A stretch of 63,809 bases of DNA, the filler included, from Octopus bimaculoides (Eukaryota): the NCBI RefSeq assembly GCF_001194135.2. It is 6 parts of 5 records of this genome, joined end to end, with 100 filler letters (N's around TTAATTAATTAA, not from the genome) between each part and the next. Parts side by side here need not be neighbours in the genome. Positions count along the whole stretch, not along the records: positions 35,516 to 59,049 come from NC_068982.1; 5 more parts are not named here. One strand, given 5' to 3'. Of the stretch, positions 39,527-51,129 are shown one piece after another. The position numbers and the translations under genes are program-made. The notes under the pieces were generated by a model that saw nothing but the letters and a program-made list of their open reading frames with translations, did not search any database and had not been told where the DNA came from. Position 1 is the stretch's first letter; each line of letters opens with the position of its first letter.

Positions 39527-39809
39527 GNNNNNNNNNNNNNNNNNNNNNNNNNNNNNNNNNNNNNNNNNNNNNNNNNNNNNNNNNNNNNNNNNNNNNNNNN
39601 NNNNNNNNNNNNNNNNNNNNNNNNNNNNNNNNNNNNNNNNNNNNNNNNNNNNNNNNNNNNNNNNNNNNNNNNNNTATGTGTGTCTGTGTGTGTGTGTGTG
39701 GGTGTGGGTGTGGGTGTGTGTGTGTATGTATGTATATATATGCATATATATATATATTTACTTTACGATGATAGTAAAAGAACAAAGTTTACTTCAGAAA
39801 AGTTGAGAT

Positions 39810-40112
39810 GTACTGAAATATACAGGAATAATTTTATTCTCAAACACATGATAATGCTAATACAATAGCATGACCAGGATACATTATCCATATATTGCAG
39901 AAAAAATATCGTTACCTGCCAGCAATGAGACTCGAACTAACTTCCAGTGATTACGCGTTAAAGCACTTGACGCGTAATCACAGGGATGTGAGTACGAGTC
40001 TCATGGCTGGCTGGTAACAATTTCTTTTCTGCAATATATTGATAGTTTATCCTATTCATGCTATTTTATTAGCATCATCATGCGTTTGAGAATATATTAC
40101 TTCTGTATCTTT

Positions 40113-40118
<6 letters not shown>
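39810..40118. repeat. About 310-bp imperfect foldback built on a tRNA-like head
   Basis: Perfect 12-bp core gtgattacgcgt/acgcgtaatcac (39947-39981, 11-nt loop); arms pair out to about 39810 and 40118. Confidence 0.85.
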
Positions 40119-40160
<42 letters not shown>

Positions 40161-40184
40161 TGAAAGCTAGAGCAATTTTATCTT

Positions 40185-40470
40185 GTAGAACTTCTAAAGA
40201 TACAATATTTTCTGTGTGTCCTTTAATTGGTGTATAACGAAGAGGAGTTTTCAGACTTCCATCTCGCGAACATTCTACATATAACTGCCCATGATAGAAG
40301 GAAGGATAACAACGCTGAGTGATTGTGCCTGAGATTTGTTTATGGACATACCAAAACTTAGCTTCACTGGAAACTGAACACGTTTAAATTCACAGAGGAG
40401 GTCAGATGGGATTCATGGGATCCGTGGAATGAAGACATCGTCATCGTTATATTTCCCAAGAGAAATGAAT
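40185..40470 (-). mobile_element. Helitron helicase C-terminal relic
   Basis: DVFIPRIP*IPSDL..EFKRVQFPVKLSFGMSINKSQAQSL, HGQLYV.CSR, T.NIV..EVL. Confidence 0.85.
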
Positions 40471-40689
40471 TTTGGCGGTAAGGAATAAACCTCTTCTTTC
40501 ATTAGTACAGTGAAAAAAGCGTTTATCTTTGCTATAAGAGAGAAGATGTGGTGTCGTATACGTATGATGGAGAATTATTCAACATCATGTTTGCCTCTAT
40601 CAGAATCGTTTAACTTTAAAGCAACAACACACATCCGACGTATACGACAGGTATGTAAAACACTTCTGTTTTTGAAAAAAATTAATAAA

Positions 40690-40860
40690 CTACTGACCGC
40701 CACCCAGTAGAGCCTTGCCCAAGTAATGAAAACCTTCATGCTAAATTTGGTGCAGATCGATCCAGCGATTTTATCGTGCCTAGAAAATCACACACACACA
40801 CACACAAACACACGCACGAATAATTTTATATATATAAATATACATAAATACATACATACA
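40690..40860 (+). mobile_element. Possible non-autonomous Helitron-like segment with (CA)n
   Basis: catgctaaatttggtgcagatcgatccagcg..tt followed by a microsatellite recalls DINE-1/Lep1-like elements (from memory). Confidence 0.4.
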
Positions 40861-42714
40861 TACATACATATATATACACNNNNNNNNNNNNNNNNNNNNN
40901 NNNNNNNNNNNNNNNNNNNNNNNNNNNNNNNNNNNNNNNNNNNNNNNNNNNNNNNNNNNNNNNNNNNNNNNNNNNNNNNNNNNNNNNNNNNNNNNNNNNN
41001 NNNNNNNNNNNNNNNNNNNNNNNNNNNNNNNNNNNNNNNNNNNNNNNNNNNNNNNNNNNNNNNNNNNNNNNNNNNNNNNNNNNNNNNNNNNNNNNNNNNN
41101 NNNNNNNNNNNNNNNNNNNNNNNNNNNNNNNNNNNNNNNNNNNNNNNNNNNNNNNNNNNNNNNNNNNNNNNNNNNNNNNNNNNNNNNNNNNNNNNNNNNN
41201 NNNNNNNNNNNNNNNNNNNNNNNNNNNNNNNNNNNNNNNNNNNNNNNNNNNNNNNNNNNNNNNNNNNNNNNNNNNNNNNNNNNNNNNNNNNNNNNNNNNN
41301 NNNNNNNNNNNNNNNNNNNNNNNNNNNNNNNNNNNNNNNNNNNNNNNNNNNNNNNNNNNNNNNNNNNNNNNNNNNNNNNNNNNNNNNNNNNNNNNNNNNN
41401 NNNNNNNNNNNNNNNNNNNNNNNNNNNNNNNNNNNNNNNNNNNNNNNNNNNNNNNNNNNNNNNNNNNNNNNNNNNNNNNNNNNNNNNNNNNNNNNNNNNN
41501 NNNNNNNNNNNNNNNNNNNNNNNNNNNNNNNNNNNNNNNNNNNNNNNNNNNNNNNNNNNNNNNNNNNNNNNNNNNNNNNNNNNNNNNNNNNNNNNNNNNN
41601 NNNNNNNNNNNNNNNNNNNNNNNNNNNNNNNNNNNNNNNNNNNNNNNNNNNNNNNNNNNNNNNNNNNNNNNNNNNNNNNNNNNNNNNNNNNNNNNNNNNN
41701 NNNNNNNNNNNNNNNNNNNNNNNNNNNNNNNNNNNNNNNNNNNNNNNNNNNNNNNNNNNNNNNNNNNNNNNNNNNNNNNTATATATATATATATACAGAC
41801 ATATATACACTCTCGCCTAAGATATGAGAATATGTGTTTTTACTTGTCAGTTGATGTTTATAGATATATTTGAAGTAGATGTCAAATAGTCATTGAATTT
41901 TTTTTTTTCAATTGCTTCTTGTTTTCTGTTTAAAGATATAAGACATTACATGACCAACTGATTTCACACTATTATGACTTAGACTACAAATATGTATTTG
42001 TATGCTTTTCTCACAAGTAACTATGAAGATCACTTTTTCATTGGCTAATATTTTCACACTCGTTAAAGCTTCAAATATATATTAAATATATTTCATAGAA
42101 GAAGTAATGAACATCAAACTTACTAAATTCAAATACACCGACACGTACATAAATACACATACACCCACTCACACACACAGCCGCACGTACAAACACCCAT
42201 GGACACACACACGCAAAGACATCTATACACACNNNNNNNNNNNNNNNNNNNNNNNNNNNNNNNNNNNNNNNNNNNNNNNNNNNNNNNNNNNNNNNNNNNN
42301 NNNNNNNNNNNNNNNNNNNNNNNNNNNNNNNNNNNNNNNNNNNNNNNNNNNNNNNNNNNNNNNNNNNNNNNNNNNNNNNNNNNNNNNNNNNNNNNNNNNN
42401 NNNNNNNNNNNNNNNNNNNNNNNNNNNNNNNNNNNNNNNNNNNNNNNNNNNNNNNNNNNNNNNNNNNNNNNNNNNNNNNNNNNNNNNNNNNNNNNNNNNN
42501 NNNNNNNNNNNNNNNNNNNNNNNNNNNNNNNNNNNNNNNNNNNNNNNNNNNNNNNNNNNNNNNNNNNNNNNNNNNNNNNNNNNNNNNNNNNNNNNNNNNN
42601 NNNNNNNNNNNNNNNNNNNNNNNNNNNNNNNNNNNNNNNNNNNNNNNNNNNNNNNNNNNNNNNNNNNNNNNNNNNNNNNNNNNNNNNNNNNNNNNNNNNN
42701 NNNNNNNNNNNNNN

Positions 42715-42749
<35 letters not shown>

Positions 42750-42935
42750 TACACAATCAAAATTTAAATGGAAGCCACTTTAATACACAAACTAGTTATT
42801 AAATGCGGCAAATCATCACACAGGAAATTCAAACATAAAAGATGTTGCGATTATTATTCTACAGTGGTTTATTATTTTCTATCTCTAATAATAAACTTTT
42901 AATTTTAGTGTCAGGCAATAATGTTTGAAACGTAC

Positions 42936-42976
42936 GTTATGACTGGGTGCCAATTTGTTAAACAATTTTAGTTCAT
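42936..42976 (-). CDS. Candidate exon 2 (DELKLFNKLAPSHN)
   Basis: Acceptor tttcag, donor AAC|GTACGT; only one frame open; phase 1 to 0. Confidence 0.55.
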
Positions 42977-43085
42977 CTGAAACCTATGGCTATGATGCTT
43001 TTGATAATATTCCATTAGGATAGATCTAATGATTTTATAAATTTAATATTTTCTGCAACAACGTACAGAATTCAGCCAAATTAGT

Positions 43086-43445
43086 TACTCTTTTTACTCT
43101 TCTACTTCTTTCAGTCATTTGACTGCGGCCATGCTGGAGCACAGCTTTTAGTCGAGCAAATCGACCCCATGACTTATTCTATCGTTCTCTATTGCCGAAC
43201 TGCTAAGTTACGGGGATGTGAACACACCAGCATCGGTTGTCAAGCGATGATGGTGGGGGACAAATACAGACACACAAACACACACACATATATACGAAGG
43301 GCTACTTTCAGTTTCCGTCTACGAAATCCAATCACAAGGCTTTGGTCGGCCCGATGCTATAGTAGAAGTCACTCGCCCAAGGTGGCACGCAGTGGGACTA
43401 AATCCGGAACCATGTGTTTGGTAATCAAGCTACTTATAACAAAGC
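43086..43445 (-). mobile_element. SINE family A, full bipartite copy
   Basis: Reverse complement of the 54253-54702 architecture with a short spacer. Confidence 0.85.
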
Positions 43446-43984
43446 CAATAAAAATAATTTCTGATCTGTATCCATTTTCCCCGTTACAGACAACATCTAG
43501 GGGCAATAAATTCGCTAATTCTCAATAATGGTAATTTTTTACAGTGAACATGCCTTCAACAATAAGCTCTCGCACCTGGCCGAAACGTATCTGAGTACCA
43601 TGTAATTTTCCATATGATTTGCAAATAACTACCATATGATTTGCAAATAACTACAAGTTTTGCCGCACTAAGGTATCACACAGTGTCTGCCTATGTGGCA
43701 ATCACTGTTCTTAATCATCTACAGTAGATAAATGTCAGATGGACAGATATATAAATTACTCTCTACACACAACTGTTATAATTGTAAAATCCACAAATTT
43801 TGAAGAACAGAGTATTTTCAATATATAACTTTTTGAGGTACATAATGCATGTTACACTACATATAGTGTGGTAAAAATGCAACATGAACAAATAAAAAAG
43901 ATCACTTGATCTGAGTATGCTGAATTTAGTTCTCAGAGAGAAATTAAATTGATATTATTAATATCAATTATTAATAATATCAAT

Positions 43985-44418
43985 CGCAGGAGAGGCTGTG
44001 TGGTAAGTCATAGGCGCAATAGTGGCTGTGTGGTGAGTAGGTTGCTTACCAGCCACATGGTTCCGGGTTCAGTCCCACTGCGTGGCAACTTGGGCAAGTG
44101 TCGTCTACTATAGCCTCGGGCCGACCAAAATGTTGTTAGTGAATTTGGTAGAGGGAAACTGAAAGAAGCCCGTAGTATATATGTATATGTATATATATAT
44201 GTGTGTTGTTTGTGTGTCTGTTTGTCACCTCAACATCGCTTGACAACCGATGCTGGTGTGTTTACGTCCTCGTAACCTAGTGGTTTGGTAAAAGAGAACG
44301 ATAGAATAAGTACTAGGCTTAAAACGAATAAGTCCTGGAGTCGATTTGCTCAACTAAAGGCGGTGCTCCAGTATGGTCACAGTCAAATGACTGAAACAAG
44401 TAAAAGAGTTAAAGAGTA
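43985..44418 (+). mobile_element. SINE family A, full copy with a duplicated 5' head
   Basis: Short extra head cgcaggagaggctgtgtggtaag at 43985, main head at 44013, B box gggttcagtccc, spacer, 3' module, aaagag tail. Confidence 0.9.
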
Positions 44419-44597
44419 ATAAACTGAACATGTTACAGACGCTGAATCAAAAGGATAAATTCTTTAGCATTTCTAACATTAACGTGCGTGATCAGCAATA
44501 TGTCTGCGCTCTCCCTACACGCAAAGAAACACACACGCACGCACACACTCACACATATATGCATGTTATAATTTCGATAAAATTATTCTCACATATA

Positions 44598-44785
44598 CAT
44601 ACGGGTTTCAAATTTTGGCACAAGGCCAGCAGTTTCGTGGGATGGAGTAAATCGATTACATCGACCTCCAGCCCTCAACTTGTATTTATTTTATCGCCCT
44701 CAGCAGAATTTGAACTCGGAACGTAAATACCGACAAAATACCACTAAGCATCTTGCTCGGAACAGTAGCTCTTCTACTATCTCAC
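44598..44785 (-). mobile_element. SINE family B copy with internal deletion
   Basis: gattacatcgacctccagccctcaacttgtatttattttatcg...gaatttgaactcggaacgtaaa. Confidence 0.75.
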
Positions 44786-46542
44786 TTTTTCCCCCCACCT
44801 ATACATATTATGATATGCTGATTTACAATGTTTTTAAGTAGTAAATGTAATCTTAGACGTGAGATTCTTGTTTTATACATAGTCCACCGTTAGGGCGCAA
44901 AGAACATATTATTCATATATCCTTAATGCTTTTGGGTAAATCACACAAGAAAATTCACCTTCACACCAAAAATGTATAATATGTGCTCATTTTTAGTCCT
45001 AGAAAAGGTATGTTACATATAATTATGAGTCAAAAATCAGTATTAGAAATATCCATTAACATTTAGATCAACTGACATCCCCTGTGAATAGATTGCAGAA
45101 TCTATCAGATTTCTTGAGGTAGAAACTGTAATCGAGTGTGAGTGGAAAGTAGTTACGAAATATTTCAAATTATATTTCAAATATTACCAAGAAATTCACA
45201 GTAAAAAATGTAAATATAAACAAATATATGTTACCAGAAGTATCAGCAATAGTAAACGTAGAAAATTTAAATAGCTCATTGCATAGTTATTTTCGTGCTA
45301 ATTTAGATGAATTGATTTCAATGAACATTATCATTACAGAGCGTTGTTATTATTCATGATTAAGAATTCGTTTCTTCCGTAATTATTGCTATTTCAAGTG
45401 AAATACATCGGAAATGAAACATCTAATTATATTAATGAAATAATACTAAATTAAACAGGCATGCTAGTTTAGCTCTCTTTTTCAAATGAAAAATGTGTTC
45501 GTAGTAACTTCCACGGTTTTGCATGAATGCAGACTACATTATCTCTGGTAAATTTATTTTATTCAGAACTAAATGAAGGAAGTTAATAAAGTGATTACTA
45601 TATGCTACAACATATGCACAGACGCTTGCATATCAGCTGGAAATATTAGCGATATCATGAAATATAAAATACACACAGAATCAATATAATTAAGTCGTTT
45701 CCTTACTAGCACAACCTATATATATATAATATGTATGTATGAATATACATAGTGTTTTTAAAAATTTGAATTTTAAATTCCAATACTTGTATATGTGAGG
45801 TTTAGTTGTTAACATATATAAAAGAAAACTGTCCACATTAAATTGTAATCTATATGTCACGTATTCTTACATAAACGACTTTTTATATTCAATTGCATAT
45901 CGCAAAGAGAATATAATGAGTTTGCAAAATAAAGCACAAATTTCTGAGTTGAGCTTGTTTAAAGTCATGATATGAGACTCTGTTTGAAATAGTCAGCTGT
46001 TCCGTGGAATTGCTTTTGCAGGTAACTTCTTTCACCTTGAAAGTATTTATCGATGCCGATTTGTATGTAATCCATAATGGAAAGTAATTCGCGTAATCAA
46101 CACGAAAAGGACTTATTGCATGACACAGTGTATAGTAATGCCTAGAGCAGGATTCTATAATAAGCACCCGACAACATTCACTCCGCTAGCTCATAAACGC
46201 AAATACATAAAGCCGGTTTCAGAGAGCATTCATACATCTATTCGACAATTAAAAGTGTACGTATACATACACGCGTCTATATTCAAATACATTTATTTCT
46301 GTCCTCGCACTGTCTGCTGATCATGTATCGAAAAATGGAGACCACCTCCCCCTGTGGGATGAAGTTAAAATAATAGATAGAGAACACCACTGGAAAATAC
46401 GAAAACTTAAAGAAGCAGCACATATGTTACGACACATCTATCTCCTAAGCAGGCCGTGTGCAGATATGAATAGCATATGGGAACTGGTATTGAGGAAGAA
46501 TAGGAAAATATTAGATTTATTAGCCCTAAAATTCACTCTACG

Positions 46543-46614
46543 AGCATATGGCATAGTGGTTCAGAGCGCGAGCTACCAACACCAAGATCCCGAGCTCAAT
46601 TCCTGGCAGTGACC
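46543..46614 (+). promoter_or_regulatory. tRNA-like Pol III internal promoter within the PLE terminal region
   Basis: A box TGGCATAGTGG (46549-46559), degenerate B box GAGCTCAATTCC (46592-46603). Confidence 0.65.
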
Positions 46615-46712
46615 TGAATACTAATTATAATAATAACAATAATAATAATAGCAATAATAATAACATCGAGAAATACCCGAGGAATGAGAACTCAGGTTCG
46701 AAATTCCTCCAA

Positions 46713-46758
46713 GACACTTGATGAAGGCTGGAAGGTATATCAGCCGATACGTTGTGTT
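46713..46758 (+). ncRNA. Minimal type I hammerhead (two core substitutions)
   Basis: GACAC TTGATGA A GGCTG gaaggtatat CAGCC GATAC GTT GTGTT; stems I and II intact; combined with 37306-37351 it gives a canonical consensus. Confidence 0.7.
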
Positions 46759-47156
46759 AACAACAAAAAAGATGATGTAAAATAATGTACATAATTCCTC
46801 ATCTCTTAAATATTGAACTGTAACGCTGCTTCAATTTCTCTTCGAAACAGCCGAGAGTGAAGACCATGAGGAAATTGCATCGACCACGACACCAGGTTGC
46901 ATATCCATCACTGTGCAGTCGATACAGTTGAAGCACGCATAGATCCAGAAAAGGAAACTGTAAATATAGATAAATGTCATATAAATTAGTGATGTGAAAA
47001 ATCTCCGTTTTCCTTATCATTATTAATACTTTTAATATTATTACATACTCTAGGGAGATTATGCAGTTCTGAATAAACACACACACTCATGTATGTATGT
47101 ATGTATGTATGTATGTATGCATGTATGTATGTGTGTGCGTGCGTATGTACAAATAA

Positions 47157-47380
47157 TTGGGTTGTCTGGAAAGTTCGTGCCGATTTTTAAGGAAAGAAAA
47201 AGATTTAATAGATCCTTGCCATTACATTTTTTAATGAATCAAATATGAACCATTTTGTTGCTTAATGCTGTCTTTCCTTTAACTTGAAAATACCCTCTTC
47301 CCAGAATTGAGGTGGTTTCCTGGCAAATATGTCGAAAGGTAAGCTACTATAAATCGGCACGAACTTTCCGGACATCACAA
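47157..47380 (-). mobile_element. 224-bp internally deleted mariner (MITE-like)
   Basis: 30-bp TIRs 47157-47186 and 47351-47380 (27/30 identical); interior reads FARKPPQFWEEGIFKLKER on the minus strand, a mariner C-terminus. Confidence 0.85.
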
Positions 47381-48426
47381 CATATTAACAAAACAAACTG
47401 TATTTTTATAAAGCAAGAGCTAAATAATTCTGTTATACATCCATATATATGCAAGTAAAACTTAAAATTCTTTTCCCATGATAGACGTTTTTATAAAACA
47501 GTTTAATTATAAAGATATTAATGCATGCTTCCAGAGGATGGGATTCACAGAAGCAAATATACGTTGCAGAATATATTTTGTATAAGAAATAGTTTACGTA
47601 TAAAAGAAATTTTAGTGCATGATGTAGCCAAAATACGTGCCCTGTAGCATAAAATTGTAACAAATACATATCAATGTATTAAGTACAAGACACTTGTCTT
47701 CGTTTACCTGTGACCTACTGAATCATTGAATTTCATATCAAGATATGAGCGTAGCCAGCGAAATAATGCTTAAAACAGTTATAGAAGTAATATATTTCCA
47801 TGTACCTTCCCACCAGTTTTTATATAGCTTTCTATGTATATTAGTCAATCAATCAATATGTGTGTGTGTGTGTGTGTGTGTGCGTGTGTGCGTGTACGCG
47901 TGCGTCTGTGTACGCGTGCGTGTGTTTGTGTTGTTTGTACCTCGGCATGGCCACACGCCAATGTCTGAAAGAATTAAATGATGAAATATCTATACATGTT
48001 GTTAGTGTTGTGCATTAATACAGCTTATATTCTAAACAGCTCTGAAGGTGTAAGCAATATTATATACGTTGTATTGTCATGCGTTAGTGATTATTTTCAC
48101 AAATAATCTTGGAGGTGTACGTCGCACCTGATGGAAATATTAAAAATAAAAATTATATTCAAGCGTTTCATAGACAATCTTTTTCATCTTTATGCGTAGT
48201 TACATGTGTATTTGTTTCAAAACTGAAAGTGTAGTAGAAAAATGACTATAGCAATTTCAGGATAGCTATGCAATAATATACTGATTAAACTTGCAGTAAT
48301 ACAGTAAACATTAAATCATATTTAATTCAGAATAGCTTTTTGTGACACAGAAATGGGCGACATGCATAACTGTAATACAATGCAAGCAATATTTGCAATT
48401 AATGTCACAAGACTTATTCTATATGT

Positions 48427-48574
48427 CTCTTTTGCGGAACGGCTAGGTTACGAGGACACAAACACACCAAAATCTGTTATCTAGCGATAATGGGAGGGAC
48501 AAAAACAGGCACACAAACATATACATGTACATCCCTATATGCATAGATACGTGCATTTTTGTATAGATAGATAA

Positions 48575-48607
<33 letters not shown>

Positions 48608-48654
48608 CAAACAGAGAGGCAGACAGACAGACAGACAGACAGATATATAGATAA

Positions 48655-48697
<43 letters not shown>

Positions 48698-48853
48698 TAC
48701 AAGGGGGCTTCTTTCAGCTTCCGTCTATCAAATCCGCTCACAAGGCCCGAGGATACAGTGGAGAACACTTGCCTAAGGTGCCCGGCAGTGGGACTGAACC
48801 AGGAATCATGTATTTGGGAAGCAATCGTCTTACCCCACAGCCACGTTTGTGCC
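48427..48853 (-). mobile_element. SINE family A copy with (GATA)/(GACA) spacer
   Basis: Head reversed at 48700-48853; partial 3' module reversed at 48427-48500. Confidence 0.75.
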
Positions 48854-50178
48854 TATATATGAAGAAAAGAAAAGTAGACGTCCTTTCAAAACACAATAGA
48901 CGACCGATTTATTCAGTTATAAACGTATCCCTTCCGCAATTATCCTTTCTTCTATAGGCACAATAACGAAATAATAACATTAGAAGCTGGTACTGTGAAT
49001 TGAATGTCTACTCAAGTTTGCCACAGAATTATTTATTATATTAGCAGTTTCATCTATTGAGCTACACTCATACTTGCGCGCCATCTTGAAATGCTTTGTC
49101 GATTATATCGAAACGAGGAAGTGTTTTTCAGTAAGATAACTATTACGATGAATTGTACAAAATAAACATAGATAACGACGTAAAGACAAGTACATACGTT
49201 TATACATAGATATATTTCTTGTCTGCATAGACTAATGTACATCTCAACCTAAGATTAGAGTAACGAATATAATTCTGGATTCACTGAATCTCGTTTATAT
49301 TCATCTTATATCACATAAAAATACATGGAATATCTATATACACCGAAGGATTAAAACTCTTTTGTGCCTTCATTATATTGTCGACTAACATAGGCAGTAG
49401 CAACAATATAAATGAAATATGAAGCATGTCCAAATGCTGACATAAAAAAAATTCAATATGATATTCGACACGCGGCGATATCCGCCCAAATGTATATGTT
49501 ATAACATTGTTATGAAACAAGATATGCACTGGTCGATACAGATTAAGGAAAAGTGAGGAATATGAGCATAATGCCTTTAAGTATTCATTTCCTTTTGAAC
49601 AGCTAGTATACTAAACAGAATATGTGAGAATCATATAAGGAGACTAAGTTTAAAATATCATACTTAATAACACACCGTCTTTTTTCATCAATTTCGTACA
49701 AATGATATTTTAAACAGGTGCATGATAATTTAGCAGATAATGGAAGTGAAACCAATTTATATAAAAACTTAATCACAATTCTGTTTCCTGTGAAATTCCT
49801 AATGGAATATGAAACATTTGTATTCAACGGATTATATATATAGATATATTTCTTTTTTTTTTTTTTTGCATGCGTTTAATGTTCTCGAAACAAGTGATAA
49901 GCTGCCGTGTATTCAAATAACCTATAATGCTATGCTAAAAGTAATCTCTCTCTCTCTGTCTCTCTCACTCTCTCACTTTCTCTCCAGAACTGCAGAGTTA
50001 TTCAGTGAATTAAGCCATTAGGTAACGCATTCTGTTTCTAAATGTTAGTTAATCCAAAGAGTTACGATACTCCAGGTTTTGTTACAGTATAGTTATACGC
50101 GTGTGTATAAATACACACAGACACAGACACGCATATAATATATATATATTTATATGTTATTAATACATATTTCATACT

Positions 50179-50230
50179 TGAGGCTTCGATGAAGGTCTAA
50201 GGTTTTAGGCACTCAGTTATGAGTCCCTCG
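50179..50230 (+). ncRNA. Three-stem hammerhead relic with broken core
   Basis: TGAGG CT(TC)GATGA AG GTCTAA-ggtt-TTAGGC [GAA missing] ACTCA-gtta-TGAGT C CCTCG. Confidence 0.55.
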
Positions 50231-50675
50231 CATTTTATGGCAGATACAGCGGTAAGCTAATGAAGTGTTTCAGATCATTGTTAATTCCCTTGTCAAATCA
50301 TTTTCGTATATAAATACGTATGAAAGTACGTGTATATATAAGTATGTATATNNNNNNNNNNNNNNNNNNNNNNNNNNNNNNNNNNNNNNNNNNNNNNNNN
50401 NNNNNNNNNNNNNNNNNNNNNNNNNNNNNNNNNNNNNNNNNNNNNNNNNNNNNNNNNNNNNNNNNNNNNNNNNNNNNNNNNNNNNNNNNNNNNNNNNNNN
50501 NNNNNNNNNNNNNNNNNNNNNNNNNNNNNNNNNNNNNNNNNNNNNNNNNNNNNNNNNNNNNNNNNNNNNNNNNNNNNNNNNNNNNNNNNNNNNNNNNNNN
50601 NNNNNNNACATATATATATATATATATAGATAGATATATACATACATATGCGTGTATACTTTTATATATGTATAA

Positions 50676-51125
50676 ACCTCTCTCCCTCTCTTTTCCATAT
50701 CTTACTCTTTTTCTCATCTTTCTCACTCATTCTGTCTCTCCCTCCCATTTATATATTTTCTCCTTTTTCTACTTTCCTCTCCATCCCTTTCATTTCTCGC
50801 CTCACTTGTCTCTCCCTTCCTTTGTCTCTCTCTATATCGACCTCTCTCCATCTCATCTCACCCTCTTCCTCATATACTTCTCATTTTCCCTCTTCTTCAG
50901 ACTCCATCTCTCCATTTCCTTCATATCCTTCATTCTCGCCTCTCTCTCTTCCTCACTCTGTCTCTCTGTTTCTCCTCCTCTCCCTCCCTTTGTCTGATAT
51001 CGCTCCATACTCCCTTTCTCGTTTTCATATCACTCTCTCTCTTTCCTTTATATCTCTCTCTCTTTCCTTCATATCTCTCTCTCTTTCGCTCTCCCTCTTT
51101 CTCTCTCAATTCTTCTCTATCTTGT
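50676..51125. repeat. About 450-bp cryptic polypyrimidine/polypurine tract
   Basis: Plus strand strongly C/T-rich without a single dominant unit. Confidence 0.85.
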
Positions 51126-51129
51126 CCTC

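Larger units (their letters stand above)
46321..46830 (+). mobile_element. Penelope-like 3' end with tRNA-(AAT)n-hammerhead terminal cassette
   Basis: GDHLPLWDEVKIIDREHHWKIRKLKEAAHML (GIY-YIG C-terminus), same family as 36788-37270. Confidence 0.85.
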
